Below are positions 25,140 through 33,518 of a stretch of DNA of 33,824 nt, one piece after another. Source of the DNA: an uncultured Ignavibacteriales bacterium (GTDB lineage: Bacteria > Zixibacteria > MSB-5A5 > GN15 > FEB-12); NCBI GenBank assembly GCA_964642435.1, contig CAZXRO010000002.1, positions 5,464 through 39,287 of the forward strand, read 5' to 3'. The notes under the pieces are model-generated. The model was not told where the DNA came from. It saw only the letters and a program-made list of their open reading frames with translations, and ran no database searches. Positions within the stretch are counted from its first letter, which is position 1, and every line of letters starts with the position of its first letter. The position numbers and the translations under genes were made by a program.

Positions 25140-25976
25140 GTGAAAGTAGTGACGACCATTGACGGTGAGTTTGTTCCGCGGAGCAAAGCTTGCATTTCGG
25201 TATATGACAACGCCCTGCTCTATGCGGAGGGGCTTTTTGAGACGTTGTTGGCGGTCGATAGACACGTCGTGTATATGACACATCATCTTCAGCGACTGTC
25301 AGCGGGATTGAAGGTAACCGGTCTGAAATTGCCGGTGAAGCGCGGTACGTTGAAGGAATGGATGCGAATGACGGTCGCCGCGCACCCAAGCCATATCAAG
25401 AAGCTCCGGCTGACGATTACCAGTGGTGAAGCATCTCGGTGGGGTGGCCGGGATGGTTTGCCAAGGATAATACTCACGGCAACATCTCATGAGTTTCCGC
25501 AAGAGCCGTTCAGGCTGAATGTTGCCGAGTTCAGGATTGACGAGGACTCGGTGTTCAGACGCATTAAGACTATCTCCTACGCCATCCACGCCGCGGCGTT
25601 GAAGCAGGCCAGGCGCGAGAAGCTCGATGATGCCATTCTGTTGAATTCCAAGAACCATGTGGCCGAGGTGACCTCGGCAAACATCTTCTGGGTGAAGCGA
25701 GGCAGGGTGTACACGCCACCCATTTCGGCGGGGTGTCTCGACGGTGTGACGCGGCTTGAGTTGCTGGCGCAAGCTCCGAAATGGGGAGTGTCTATCGCCG
25801 AACGGAATTGCAGCCTGGACACATTGATCAAAGCAGACGAGGTGTTTATCTCAAGTACCCTGAAAGTGGTTTCACCGGTGGGGATGATCAAGACGGACAA
25901 GGGCACCGTGAGATTTGAAACGGGCCCCGTGACACGGATGCTTCAGGAGAATTTCTATAAACTACTCAAGGTATGA
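25140..25976 (+). CDS. pabC: Aminodeoxychorismate lyase / class IV (branched-chain/D-amino-acid) aminotransferase family
   Basis: Motifs YDNALLYAEGLFETLLAVD...HLQRLSAGL, PLP-Lys region RRIKTISYAIHAAALKQARREKLDDAILLN, and EVTSANIFWVKRGRVYTPP. The GTG at 25140 begins 5 nt after the pabB stop. The 75-codon upstream extension in the ORF track lies inside pabB and is rejected. Confidence 0.8.
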   Translation: MKVVTTIDGEFVPRSKACISVYDNALLYAEGLFETLLAVDRHVVYMTHHLQRLSAGLKVTGLKLPVKRGTLKEWMRMTVAAHPSHIKKLRLTITSGEASRWGGRDGLPRIILTATSHEFPQEPFRLNVAEFRIDEDSVFRRIKTISYAIHAAALKQARREKLDDAILLNSKNHVAEVTSANIFWVKRGRVYTPPISAGCLDGVTRLELLAQAPKWGVSIAERNCSLDTLIKADEVFISSTLKVVSPVGMIKTDKGTVRFETGPVTRMLQENFYKLLKV

Positions 25977-26033
25977 GCCGGACTGATGGTCACTTGCAGG
26001 ACCATTGGCTGACATCCGGCAGCCTGTTTTATG

Positions 26034-26063
26034 TTGACCGTGACGCATCGGGGGGTCTATCGT
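26034..26063 (+). promoter_or_regulatory. Sigma70-like promoter candidate (TTGACC-18 nt-TATCGT) upstream of the beta-barrel candidate gene
   Basis: TTGACC at 26034-26039 and TATCGT at 26058-26063, read directly. If it is used, the ATG at 26072 would be almost leaderless. The GTG at 26111, which has a GGAGA SD at 26100-26104, would then be the more likely start. Confidence 0.3.
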
Positions 26064-26071
26064 GAGATGTA

Positions 26072-26926
26072 ATGGTATGTGATGACACTTTGAGATTTCG
26101 GAGATGGGCCGTGAGATATGTCCCGATCACATTGGTGATAATGCTGCTGGTATTGCCGATGTCTGCCGCTCTGGCGCAGACTGATGTCGACTGGCAGGGC
26201 AACAATTTCTACGAGATTCCGGCGCGTTGGCTGGTCGATTGCCCCACTGCGGGGACTCTCCCCCGCGCTCACTGGGATATCTCCACCCGGATATTCCCCG
26301 GCGGCGGCGCGATCGCCCACTGTGATATCGGGCTGTCGGGACGATTCATGCTGGGGATTTCCTACGGCGGTGAACAGGTCTTTTCCAACGACGACCCAAA
26401 CTGGAATCCCAATCTTGAGTTCTCGGTGAAGTTCAGGGTTGTCGATGAGGGGCACGCCGTGCCCGGGATTACGGCCGGGTTCAGCTCACAGGGGTTTGGG
26501 GCATACAATGACAGCATGGACCGGTACACGTTCAAGTCACGGGGGTTCTATGCTGTGGTGAGTCGGAGTTTCTATTTCTACCAATGGACAATGGGTGGTC
26601 ACGGTGGGTTGAATTACTCGCTGGAGAATGATGTCGATCAGGAGGAAGACCTGAACTTCTTCGTGGGACTCGATGCCACCTTCCGCTACAACCTGGCACT
26701 GCTGCTGGAATGGGATGCGGCGCTCAATGATGACCGGTCGACGCTGCCGGACGGGACGAGCAACGAGTTCGGCGGCAAGGGGCGAGGGTACTTGAATGCC
26801 TCGATCAAGTGGCTGTTCACTGAGAAACTGGAAATTGAGCTGCTCTTGAAGGATCTGTTCATTAATCGGCGGGAGTCCGATACGTTCACGCGCGAACTGC
26901 GGATTACGTACGTCGATCACTTCTAA
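26072..26926 (+). CDS. Hypothetical secreted protein, probable outer-membrane beta-barrel
   Basis: Signal peptide (V)RYVPITLVIMLLVLPMSAALA|QT. The body has alternating hydrophobic/aromatic beta-strand-like periodicity (FYAVVSRSFYFY, LNFFVGLDATFRYNLALLLEW, LEIELLLKDLFI). The C-terminus ...RELRITYVDHF ends in Phe, as in OMP beta-signals. I do not recognise a family. An alternative start is the GTG at 26111. Confidence 0.55.
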   Translation: MVCDDTLRFRRWAVRYVPITLVIMLLVLPMSAALAQTDVDWQGNNFYEIPARWLVDCPTAGTLPRAHWDISTRIFPGGGAIAHCDIGLSGRFMLGISYGGEQVFSNDDPNWNPNLEFSVKFRVVDEGHAVPGITAGFSSQGFGAYNDSMDRYTFKSRGFYAVVSRSFYFYQWTMGGHGGLNYSLENDVDQEEDLNFFVGLDATFRYNLALLLEWDAALNDDRSTLPDGTSNEFGGKGRGYLNASIKWLFTEKLEIELLLKDLFINRRESDTFTRELRITYVDHF

Positions 26927-26994
26927 TCAGGAATTCACAAGGTCGCCGGCACTTCATCAGTAGTGAACTATGCAGTTTATCGCAGGGGTATTCA

Positions 26995-27555
26995 ATGACC
27001 GGCTACACTGAGTGGGTGCTGGCCAACCCGATCTGGTCGGCGATAGTGCATTTCGCAGTCCTGGGTACGCTGGGTGAGATCGTGTCGGTGTCGATAGTGC
27101 GCCGACGGCTGTCATGGCCGGGGAACGCGCTGCAGACGCTGGGCAAGATGGCGGCCTGGGCGCTGCTCGGTATCATCATCAAATATGGCTTCGCGGGGAT
27201 GAAAGGGTTCACGCAGGCATTGCTGGATCATCACTTGTTGCCGGCGTTCCTGGGCAGCGGGATCGGGTGGGCGCTGGCGGTGTCGACACTGACCAATATT
27301 TTCTTCGGTCCGCAGATGATGTTCTTCCATCGGCTGGAGGACAACCTCGTGCTGTGGGAGTGGAACCTTGCCGGGTTGACGACGGCGTGGTGGACGTTGA
27401 TCTGGTTCTGGATTCCGGCGCACACGGTGACATTCAGTCTGCCGCTGGCGTACCAGATACCACTTGCGGCGGTGTGGTCGGTAGTGCTGGGGGGGATTAT
27501 GGGGTTCACCAAGGCTCGCAAGGCGGCCGGTCCGGTGGGTGGTCAGCCGAGCTGA
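26995..27555 (+). CDS. Small integral membrane protein (4-5 TM), possibly Mpv17/PMP22-like
   Basis: 186 aa and hydrophobic throughout. The C-terminal pattern WTLIWFWIPAHTVTFSLPLAYQIPLAAVWSVVLGGIMG resembles the Mpv17/PMP22 signature (W..WP....NF..vP...r......v.W). This is recalled from memory and not searched. A GCAGGGG SD lies about 8 nt upstream. Confidence 0.55.
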   Translation: MTGYTEWVLANPIWSAIVHFAVLGTLGEIVSVSIVRRRLSWPGNALQTLGKMAAWALLGIIIKYGFAGMKGFTQALLDHHLLPAFLGSGIGWALAVSTLTNIFFGPQMMFFHRLEDNLVLWEWNLAGLTTAWWTLIWFWIPAHTVTFSLPLAYQIPLAAVWSVVLGGIMGFTKARKAAGPVGGQPS

Positions 27556-28322
27556 TTCATCAGGAAGTCCCACAGTCCGAGCAGCTTGACAGCAGAGGCG
27601 GCTACCATCACGATCAGCAGCCAGCGGATGTGGTTGGCGTAGCGCTGAGCAGGAATCCTGACCGCAACCCAGGCACCTATCATGTTGCCGATTCCGAGAA
27701 CGATACCGACCACCCACTCCACCTGTCCGTTAAGTACAAATACAAGCAGCGCCAGGATGGTAAAGCAGAGGATGACAAGATTCTTGATTGGGTTGGCCAT
27801 CCCCTTGAGGCCATAGCCGACCCCCAGGACGAGCGCCGCAAGCAGGAAGACGCCCACCCCGACCTGGATAAAGCCGCCATAGAGGCCCACGAAGAACAGG
27901 GCCGTCATTTGGCCCAGCCCGGGACGATTGGAGATGAGTTCCTCGCGTCCCTGCAACCAGCGTTTCGGTCGAGCGAACAGCAGGGCCAGCATGACCACCA
28001 TAAGGATACCGATGATCAGCCGAAGCAATTGCTCGTTTATAGATACAGCGACCTGCGCCCCGATGACACCCCCGATTACGGCCGGGATGGCAAGAATGAG
28101 ACCGTGGCGAAAATCGAGCTGGCCGGTTTTGCGATAGCGGGCGACCGAGGTCGCGGTCTGCATCAGGATGGCGATGCGATTGGTACCATTGGCGACATTG
28201 GCCGGCAGCCCCAGGAAGATCAGCAAGGGGAGCGTAATCAACGAGCCATTGCCCGCGAGCGTATTGATGAAGCCGGCGAGCGTTCCGGCGGCGATTACCA
28301 GCAGATAGATGTACCATTCCAT
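27543..28322 (-). CDS. TauE/SafE family sulfite/anion exporter-like membrane protein (DUF81)
   Basis: MEWYIYLLVIAAGTLAGFINTLAGNGSLITLPLLIFLGLPANVANGTNRIAILMQ is the classic N-terminal repeat. The second repeat is FFVGLYGGFIQVGVGVFLLAALVL. 259 aa with about 8 TM segments. Its 3' end overlaps the convergent gene by 13 nt. Confidence 0.9.
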   Translation of the reverse strand: MEWYIYLLVIAAGTLAGFINTLAGNGSLITLPLLIFLGLPANVANGTNRIAILMQTATSVARYRKTGQLDFRHGLILAIPAVIGGVIGAQVAVSINEQLLRLIIGILMVVMLALLFARPKRWLQGREELISNRPGLGQMTALFFVGLYGGFIQVGVGVFLLAALVLGVGYGLKGMANPIKNLVILCFTILALLVFVLNGQVEWVVGIVLGIGNMIGAWVAVRIPAQRYANHIRWLLIVMVAASAVKLLGLWDFLMNQLG

Positions 28323-28425
28323 AGGCGAGCAAGAAGAGTGCAGGTCGGGGGAATGTCAAACGAAAAGCGGTGATGAACGGTGCCTCCTGCAGTTGGCGGC
28401 ACTCACGCAGAAGGGACGAGCCGGT

Positions 28426-29166
28426 TTACAGGTCGAATTTCTTCCAGCGTTCAAGGACCATCTCGACAAAGCTGCCGACCTCATCGATCACCTTCTGCAG
28501 ATACTCGCGGGAGCGTTCGACATTGTCCTCAGGGTACCCCTCCCCTGCCCTGTACAGGAGGATTTGACCAGGGACAGGATACACATCGGCGCCCGGCTTG
28601 AACTGATAGGCAAGGTCTTTATCGTAGAGGCTCCAGTCAACCAGGTCGGGATCGATCGCCTGAACCATCGCGGTCTCATCGGTTCCGGCATGGCCACCGG
28701 CGTGTTGGAAGAATTCGGCGGTCATCTCGGCGCACAGGTCCCACCAGTGGACGACACAGATGTTGGCCAGTCGTTCCCGGTGGAAGTCGTGGGCTACCTG
28801 CTTGAGGGCGGAGTTGTTGCCACCGTGTCCGTTCATGATAATGACATTGCGGAAACCGTCATCGGCAAAGCAGTCGATAATCTCGCGGATATACGCGGCG
28901 AACACTTCCGGGGAAACGGTGGTACTGCCGGCATAGCGATAGAGGGATTTGGTTATCCCGTGATTGACGATCGGGGCAATGAGTGCATTGGTGCGCTCGG
29001 CGATCCCCTCCGCGATACGTTGCGGTATGAAGTTGTCGGTCCCGATACATGCCGATCCGTGAGCTTCGACCGTACCCACTGGCAGGATGATCGTGTCGAT
29101 GTGCGAGGGGACCAGTTCCTTAATCTTCAGCCAGCTCAGTCGTTGCATTTCTCTTTGCATAATCAC
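28426..29166 (-). CDS. Creatininase-family metal-dependent amidohydrolase (creatinine amidohydrolase/MftE/ArfB family)
   Basis: ILPVGTVEAHGSACIGTD (E-x-H...D metal ligands), YAGSTTVSPEVF, VIIMNGHGGN and GGHAGTDETAMV match the family motifs. The start is either the GTG at 29166 (4-nt overlap with the upstream stop) or the ATG at 29160 (2-nt gap). Confidence 0.85.
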   Translation of the reverse strand: MIMQREMQRLSWLKIKELVPSHIDTIILPVGTVEAHGSACIGTDNFIPQRIAEGIAERTNALIAPIVNHGITKSLYRYAGSTTVSPEVFAAYIREIIDCFADDGFRNVIIMNGHGGNNSALKQVAHDFHRERLANICVVHWWDLCAEMTAEFFQHAGGHAGTDETAMVQAIDPDLVDWSLYDKDLAYQFKPGADVYPVPGQILLYRAGEGYPEDNVERSREYLQKVIDEVGSFVEMVLERWKKFDL

Positions 29167-29909
29167 GGCTCCAGTCTGGCGAGAATGCGTTCCATGACGA
29201 TTTCGGTTTCGCGGCAGGTGGTTTCATCGCCTTCGAAGCGAAACTGGTTGATATCGCGCGCAAGCATCTCCAGGTCATCGGACCGTTCTACGCAGTACCA
29301 GATTTCCAACTCACTCCAGGAGAAACCCTGTTTGGTCAGCTCATCGGCAACATCGGAGTAGATGGTGGGGGAATTCCAGTCGAATTCGGAGAGGTCAATG
29401 TGCTGGTGTCCGCTCATGCCGATTGTGTAGTAGCGCCCCTCGGGAGTAGGGCCAAAGACAACATCGGACTCACGGAGCATTTTGAGCATGCGCTTCATCA
29501 TAGGAGAGCTTATGGTAGGTGTCCGGCTCCCGACAAGCATGACGTAGTTGTATCCCTTTTCGAAACAGTCCTCGAAAACTCTGGCGGCCCGTTTGCCCCA
29601 ACCCTGTTTCTTCATCACGACGGTTTCGAAGCGCGTATCGAACTGGCTGGCCTGATCGGCATGCATTCTCTTGCGCAGGTAGTCGGTGACGATCTTGACC
29701 AATTGGACGCGTTCGCTGCTGTCGATGTAGTACAAGCGAATGTCGACATCGGGAATAGCAAAAGCGTGGGTAATCGTATCGGTAATAAAGGCCTGATGCA
29801 AGAATCGCAGCATGTCACCCTTGATAAGGCCAAAGTCCATGCTGGAACCTTCCTCTGTTGGTTCCTGGATGCAAACCGCGATTACGGCGTTGTTTTTCTT
29901 TTGCGGCAT
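29163..29909 (-). CDS. DUF2064-like (MobA/CofC-like nucleotidyltransferase fold) protein, divergent motifs
   Basis: YVMLVGSRTPTISSPMMKRMLKMLRESDVVFGPTPEGRYYTIGMSG matches the DUF2064 core pattern (liGsD.P.l....l..a...L...dvvlGPa.DGGYyliG), with D to R and DGG to EGR changes. The N-terminal AVIAVCIQEPTEEGSS sits in place of vvfaKaP.pG.VKTRL. The consensus is recalled from memory. The ATG at 29909 is chosen because the TTG at 29957 overlaps the predicted -10 box. Confidence 0.6.
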   Translation of the reverse strand: MPQKKNNAVIAVCIQEPTEEGSSMDFGLIKGDMLRFLHQAFITDTITHAFAIPDVDIRLYYIDSSERVQLVKIVTDYLRKRMHADQASQFDTRFETVVMKKQGWGKRAARVFEDCFEKGYNYVMLVGSRTPTISSPMMKRMLKMLRESDVVFGPTPEGRYYTIGMSGHQHIDLSEFDWNSPTIYSDVADELTKQGFSWSELEIWYCVERSDDLEMLARDINQFRFEGDETTCRETEIVMERILARLEP

Positions 29910-29955
29910 AAATCCTTGCTGGTTGCAGGTAGCGGTTTCTTTCGAATTCACCGCC

Positions 29956-29985
29956 AATATAGGCCTGCAGTTCGGGGATAGTCAA
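29956..29985 (-). promoter_or_regulatory. Sigma70-like promoter candidate (TTGACT-18 nt-TATATT) for the DUF2064-like/creatininase-family operon
   Basis: The minus strand reads TTGACT (29985-29980), an 18-nt spacer, then TATATT (29961-29956). This is about 45 nt upstream of the ATG at 29909. Motif match only. Confidence 0.4.
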
Positions 29986-30069
29986 GAAGCAGGCGTGATA
30001 AATCTGTGAGGATTGTGCCAGTCCGATAGAGAGGACGGCCAGAAGGTGCGGACGTGGTGCAGATGCTGC

Positions 30070-32040
30070 TTAGCGAACAGCCCGCATATGCTCAAGCATC
30101 TCATCGGGACCAACGACGCCTTGTAGCACTCGCTGAACCTGCCCCTTTCCGTCCATGAGTATGACCGTGGGTAACGAGTAGTGCTTCATATTGAAGCGCT
30201 GCATGAAATCCCGTGTGATGGGTGAATCGGCTGTCTCCAGCTGTACCTTTATGGGTACGAAGCGCGCGTTGATTTCATCGGCGACTGCCTGATCACCGAA
30301 AGTCTTCTTGTCGAGCACCCGGCAGTTGGCGCACCAGGTCGCCCAGGTATCAACCAGGACCGGCTTGTCCTCGGATTCAGCTCTGGCGAGACCGGTTTGC
30401 AGATCAGTTTCCCAATCGACAAGCTTTACCTCGGCGCGGGTTACCCCACCGGGGCCGGCGGGCATCCAACCCGAGGCGGCGGGGAGAATGAAGCCTTGCA
30501 TGAACAGGGTACCTACTAAGAGGTAGGCGCCGATCAGCAGCGCCAAGAGGCCGAGGAACTTCTTCAGTCGGGGGAAGAAGCCCGAGTCGGTGGTAAGGCG
30601 GTCGAGACCGCCGGCAAACGTACCATAGGCCAGGAGGATAAGCCCGGTGATAATCGCAATGTAGCTGGCCGGCAGGAGCGTCTGCAAGAAGTAGACTGCC
30701 ATGAGTAAGAGGACGAAGCCGAAGAACCGCTTGATTTGTTCCATCCACTCCCCTGCTCCAGGCAACTTGCTGATAGCGGATGAGAACGTCCCAATGATGA
30801 CATAGAGCGTTCCCAGGCCAAGGGCAAAGACGAACAGGACAACGAAACCGAGAAGGGGTGAGCCGCTGGTGGCGACATAGAGCAGGATACCGGCAACAAA
30901 TGGCCCCACGCAGGGTGACACAACGAGGGCCGCGATAACGCCAAGGACCAGAGATCCGACCACACCGCCCCCGCCGCCCTGCTGTGCACGAGCACCGAGC
31001 TTGTTGCGCAGTGACATGGGCACCTGGAGTTCATACAGGCCAAACATCGACAACGAGAAGACGACAAACACAATGGCGATACCTATGACGACCGGCGGGC
31101 TGGCGAGCCAGGCCCCGAACACACCGCCGACCAGACTGACAATCAAGCCCATGATGCCATACATAAAGGCCATGGCGCCGACATAGAACAACGACAGGAC
31201 AAAGCCCCGACCCACACTCCGCTGTTGACCGGCGAACACTGACACCGTGATTGGAATCATGGGGTACGTACAGGGCGAAAACGAAAGCAGCAGGCCGGTG
31301 ACGAAGGCCAGCCCGAGGGCCAGTATGTAACCCCAGAATCCGTAATCGGCAATGAGCCGCTCCAGATCGTTCTGGGGCATGGCAGCAGCCTGTGACTCGT
31401 CCTGTTCTGTGACATCTTCAGGCTCGGTGGTAACTACCTTCGGCGTTGCGCCGCGGTCGGCGAAGGCCCCTACATTCACAGGATTCCCCATATCACCGAC
31501 TATGACGGGCAGCATTATGTCCAGGGTTTGTGGTGCACGGCACTCATAGTCGTTACACGGCTGGTACGTGAATGAGATCGGAACTTCGTATTCGCCCAAG
31601 CTAACGTTGTCATCGATAGTGACGTCGAAGTAGAAAACAACCTCTCCGGAATAGACCGAAAACGGCTGATCGAACAGCATGATCTCGTGGGCATCGGGAG
31701 ACTGCATGTTTGATGGTGTAATGCCGCTTACCGTATCATACACCAGTTCAGCCGGGATCAGCCAATCCTCGTAGGGTTGGGCAGAGTTTATATGCCAGGC
31801 GGGATCGATGGTTACCTCGAGTGCTGCTGGGTACGTCCCTCCCGGAAGCACAGACTCATAGGAGAAGATTGCCCGAGCCGTTACCAAGGAAGTCTCGGTT
31901 GTTGCCGGTTGGGAGGTTTGGGTCCCTCCGCCGAAAGGATCAGTACCGCCGATAGCAACACCGACAACGGCCAGGACAAAAGCTGCGATCAGGCCCAGAG
32001 CCCAGAACCTGTTGTAGAACATAGTATGGCGTGAATTCAT
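30070..32040 (-). CDS. dsbD: Thiol:disulfide interchange protein DsbD (N-terminal DsbD-alpha-like domain, CcdA-type membrane core, C-terminal thioredoxin domain)
   Basis: The membrane-core Cys motifs are LLLSFSPCTYPMIP and LVVSPCVGPF. The C-terminal thioredoxin fold has WATWCANCRVL. The N-terminal periplasmic domain is FSYESVLPGGTYPAALEVTIDPAWHINS. The ATG at 32040 has an AGGGTG SD; the longest ORF starts at a GTG at 32052. Confidence 0.9.
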   Translation of the reverse strand: MNSRHTMFYNRFWALGLIAAFVLAVVGVAIGGTDPFGGGTQTSQPATTETSLVTARAIFSYESVLPGGTYPAALEVTIDPAWHINSAQPYEDWLIPAELVYDTVSGITPSNMQSPDAHEIMLFDQPFSVYSGEVVFYFDVTIDDNVSLGEYEVPISFTYQPCNDYECRAPQTLDIMLPVIVGDMGNPVNVGAFADRGATPKVVTTEPEDVTEQDESQAAAMPQNDLERLIADYGFWGYILALGLAFVTGLLLSFSPCTYPMIPITVSVFAGQQRSVGRGFVLSLFYVGAMAFMYGIMGLIVSLVGGVFGAWLASPPVVIGIAIVFVVFSLSMFGLYELQVPMSLRNKLGARAQQGGGGGVVGSLVLGVIAALVVSPCVGPFVAGILLYVATSGSPLLGFVVLFVFALGLGTLYVIIGTFSSAISKLPGAGEWMEQIKRFFGFVLLLMAVYFLQTLLPASYIAIITGLILLAYGTFAGGLDRLTTDSGFFPRLKKFLGLLALLIGAYLLVGTLFMQGFILPAASGWMPAGPGGVTRAEVKLVDWETDLQTGLARAESEDKPVLVDTWATWCANCRVLDKKTFGDQAVADEINARFVPIKVQLETADSPITRDFMQRFNMKHYSLPTVILMDGKGQVQRVLQGVVGPDEMLEHMRAVR

Positions 32041-32208
32041 CGATCTTATCACCCTTGAAGTCTGTATGAGTAGTTTCGCCTCTCAGCACTTATCGGCGGT
32101 CTCTGTGTATTGGTCAGATACCGGTTCAATTGCTTAGAATGGAGAATAGGGACCGGGAGTTTCCAAACGCAGCGAGAATTCGTATCGATTGGAACACGAC
32201 GCCTTCGG

Positions 32209-33501
32209 TCACTTTCTGGCGGCCCGAGCCATGATCTCGTTACGCAACAAGACGAGGAGTTTGTCGGGGTCCAGGCTCTGCATCAGCCTGTCGGCCAGTT
32301 TTTTCGACACCTTGTCGGCCAATTCGCTGGCGAACTGGCGAGTGAACAGTTGCAAATCGTCGGCGTTGATACTCTCAATCGTGTCTTCCCAATTGTGACT
32401 CGAATCACCGACCTTCTGCTGTCCGTTGGGAGTGTCAGTGGCGTCGATACTCACCCGTTCAAGCTCATCGCCTTCGAATTTCTCGATCTCTTTCTTGAAC
32501 TCGTCGATAAACTTCTCAACACCGGCTGACTTGTCCTTTTTCTGCTGGGCACCCGGAGGCGGTGTGACAGGATCCACGAACTGAGCAGCCGCACTGGTCT
32601 GAATGTCTTCAGACGTGAGGTCTTCGGCTGGCTGCTCTTTCTGGTCGGGTGTTGACGCTGCTGTCGACTGCGGCTTGTCGGGAGAATGTTCCTTGTCCAA
32701 CTGACCGACCTCTTCCTGCATGGAATTGATGAACCAGTTGTAATCGTGGTCAGCCGGTTCGTCGCTGTCAGAACCCGACAAATCGGCTAAGTCTATTTTG
32801 GAAGTGCCAATACGTTCGACCTCAGAATCCTTGGGTGGTGCGGGTGTCTGTTGAGATTTCGAAGGTTTGTCCTCGTTAATCATGATTGATTCGACGGCGT
32901 TAGGTCCGGTCTCATTGGCCTCGTCGCCGGCAGGGTCATCCTCCATACCGACAAACTCCTTGCTGGGCTTCTTCTTGAAGGAGTTGGCTGGAATCTGTGT
33001 CGTCCGCCCTCCCATCACCTCGCTCTCAGTGACATCGATATGACTATCGGTCACATCGACCTGATCCAGCCCCAGGGCGGCATCGAGAAACTCATCATCC
33101 ATATCCGCCTCTTCGAGAGGATTGGATGGTCTCTGGTGTGGGCTGTCGGATCGGCCGGAGAAGACCATGACTTTTTCAATGAAATCGCGAGGATCGAAAG
33201 GCCGTGGGACGATTATCTCCTCGGGAAGTGGCAGTGATGTGTCCTTGGGATCATTGAGCACCAGTACAGGCACTCCCTGCAATCCCTGCGCGCCTTGAAG
33301 CGTGGCGTAGACCGGTTGCCCGGCTTCATCGGTAAGCTCACCGCCGACTATTACCAGATCTGGTCTGGCCTGTCGGGAGACCTCACAGGCCTTTGGGCCC
33401 GAGGAAACGGAGACGACCTCAAAGCCGTTTTGCCTGAGCAACGTTTCGGCGACGGTACGGATGCTTTCGGAAGCTTCAGCCAGCAGGACACGTTTATGCA
33501 T
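32209..33501 (-). CDS. Receiver-domain-like protein lacking the phospho-acceptor Asp, followed by a long acidic low-complexity region and a helical C-terminus
   Basis: The first ~115 aa align by eye with the CheY fold (KRVLLAEASESIR...PDLVIVGGEL...VPVLVLNDP...IIVPRPFDPRDFIEKV). DD becomes AE, Asp57 becomes Gly53, Thr87 becomes Asn and Lys109 becomes Arg. Residues ~130-330 are D/E/S/P/Q-rich. A GAGGGGA SD lies upstream of the ATG at 33501. Confidence 0.7.
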   Translation of the reverse strand: MHKRVLLAEASESIRTVAETLLRQNGFEVVSVSSGPKACEVSRQARPDLVIVGGELTDEAGQPVYATLQGAQGLQGVPVLVLNDPKDTSLPLPEEIIVPRPFDPRDFIEKVMVFSGRSDSPHQRPSNPLEEADMDDEFLDAALGLDQVDVTDSHIDVTESEVMGGRTTQIPANSFKKKPSKEFVGMEDDPAGDEANETGPNAVESIMINEDKPSKSQQTPAPPKDSEVERIGTSKIDLADLSGSDSDEPADHDYNWFINSMQEEVGQLDKEHSPDKPQSTAASTPDQKEQPAEDLTSEDIQTSAAAQFVDPVTPPPGAQQKKDKSAGVEKFIDEFKKEIEKFEGDELERVSIDATDTPNGQQKVGDSSHNWEDTIESINADDLQLFTRQFASELADKVSKKLADRLMQSLDPDKLLVLLRNEIMARAARK

Positions 33502-33518
33502 GATGTAAGCCTATCCCC

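Noticed and set aside
27114-29361. Two very long plus-strand ORFs (27114-28373, 419 aa; 28309-29361, 350 aa) that could suggest large unannotated genes.
   Set aside because: They lie antisense to genes with clear family motifs: TauE/SafE, the creatininase-family gene and the DUF2064-like gene. Their translations are G/D/R/Q/V-rich with no recognisable motif. These are typical shadow ORFs of GC-rich coding DNA.
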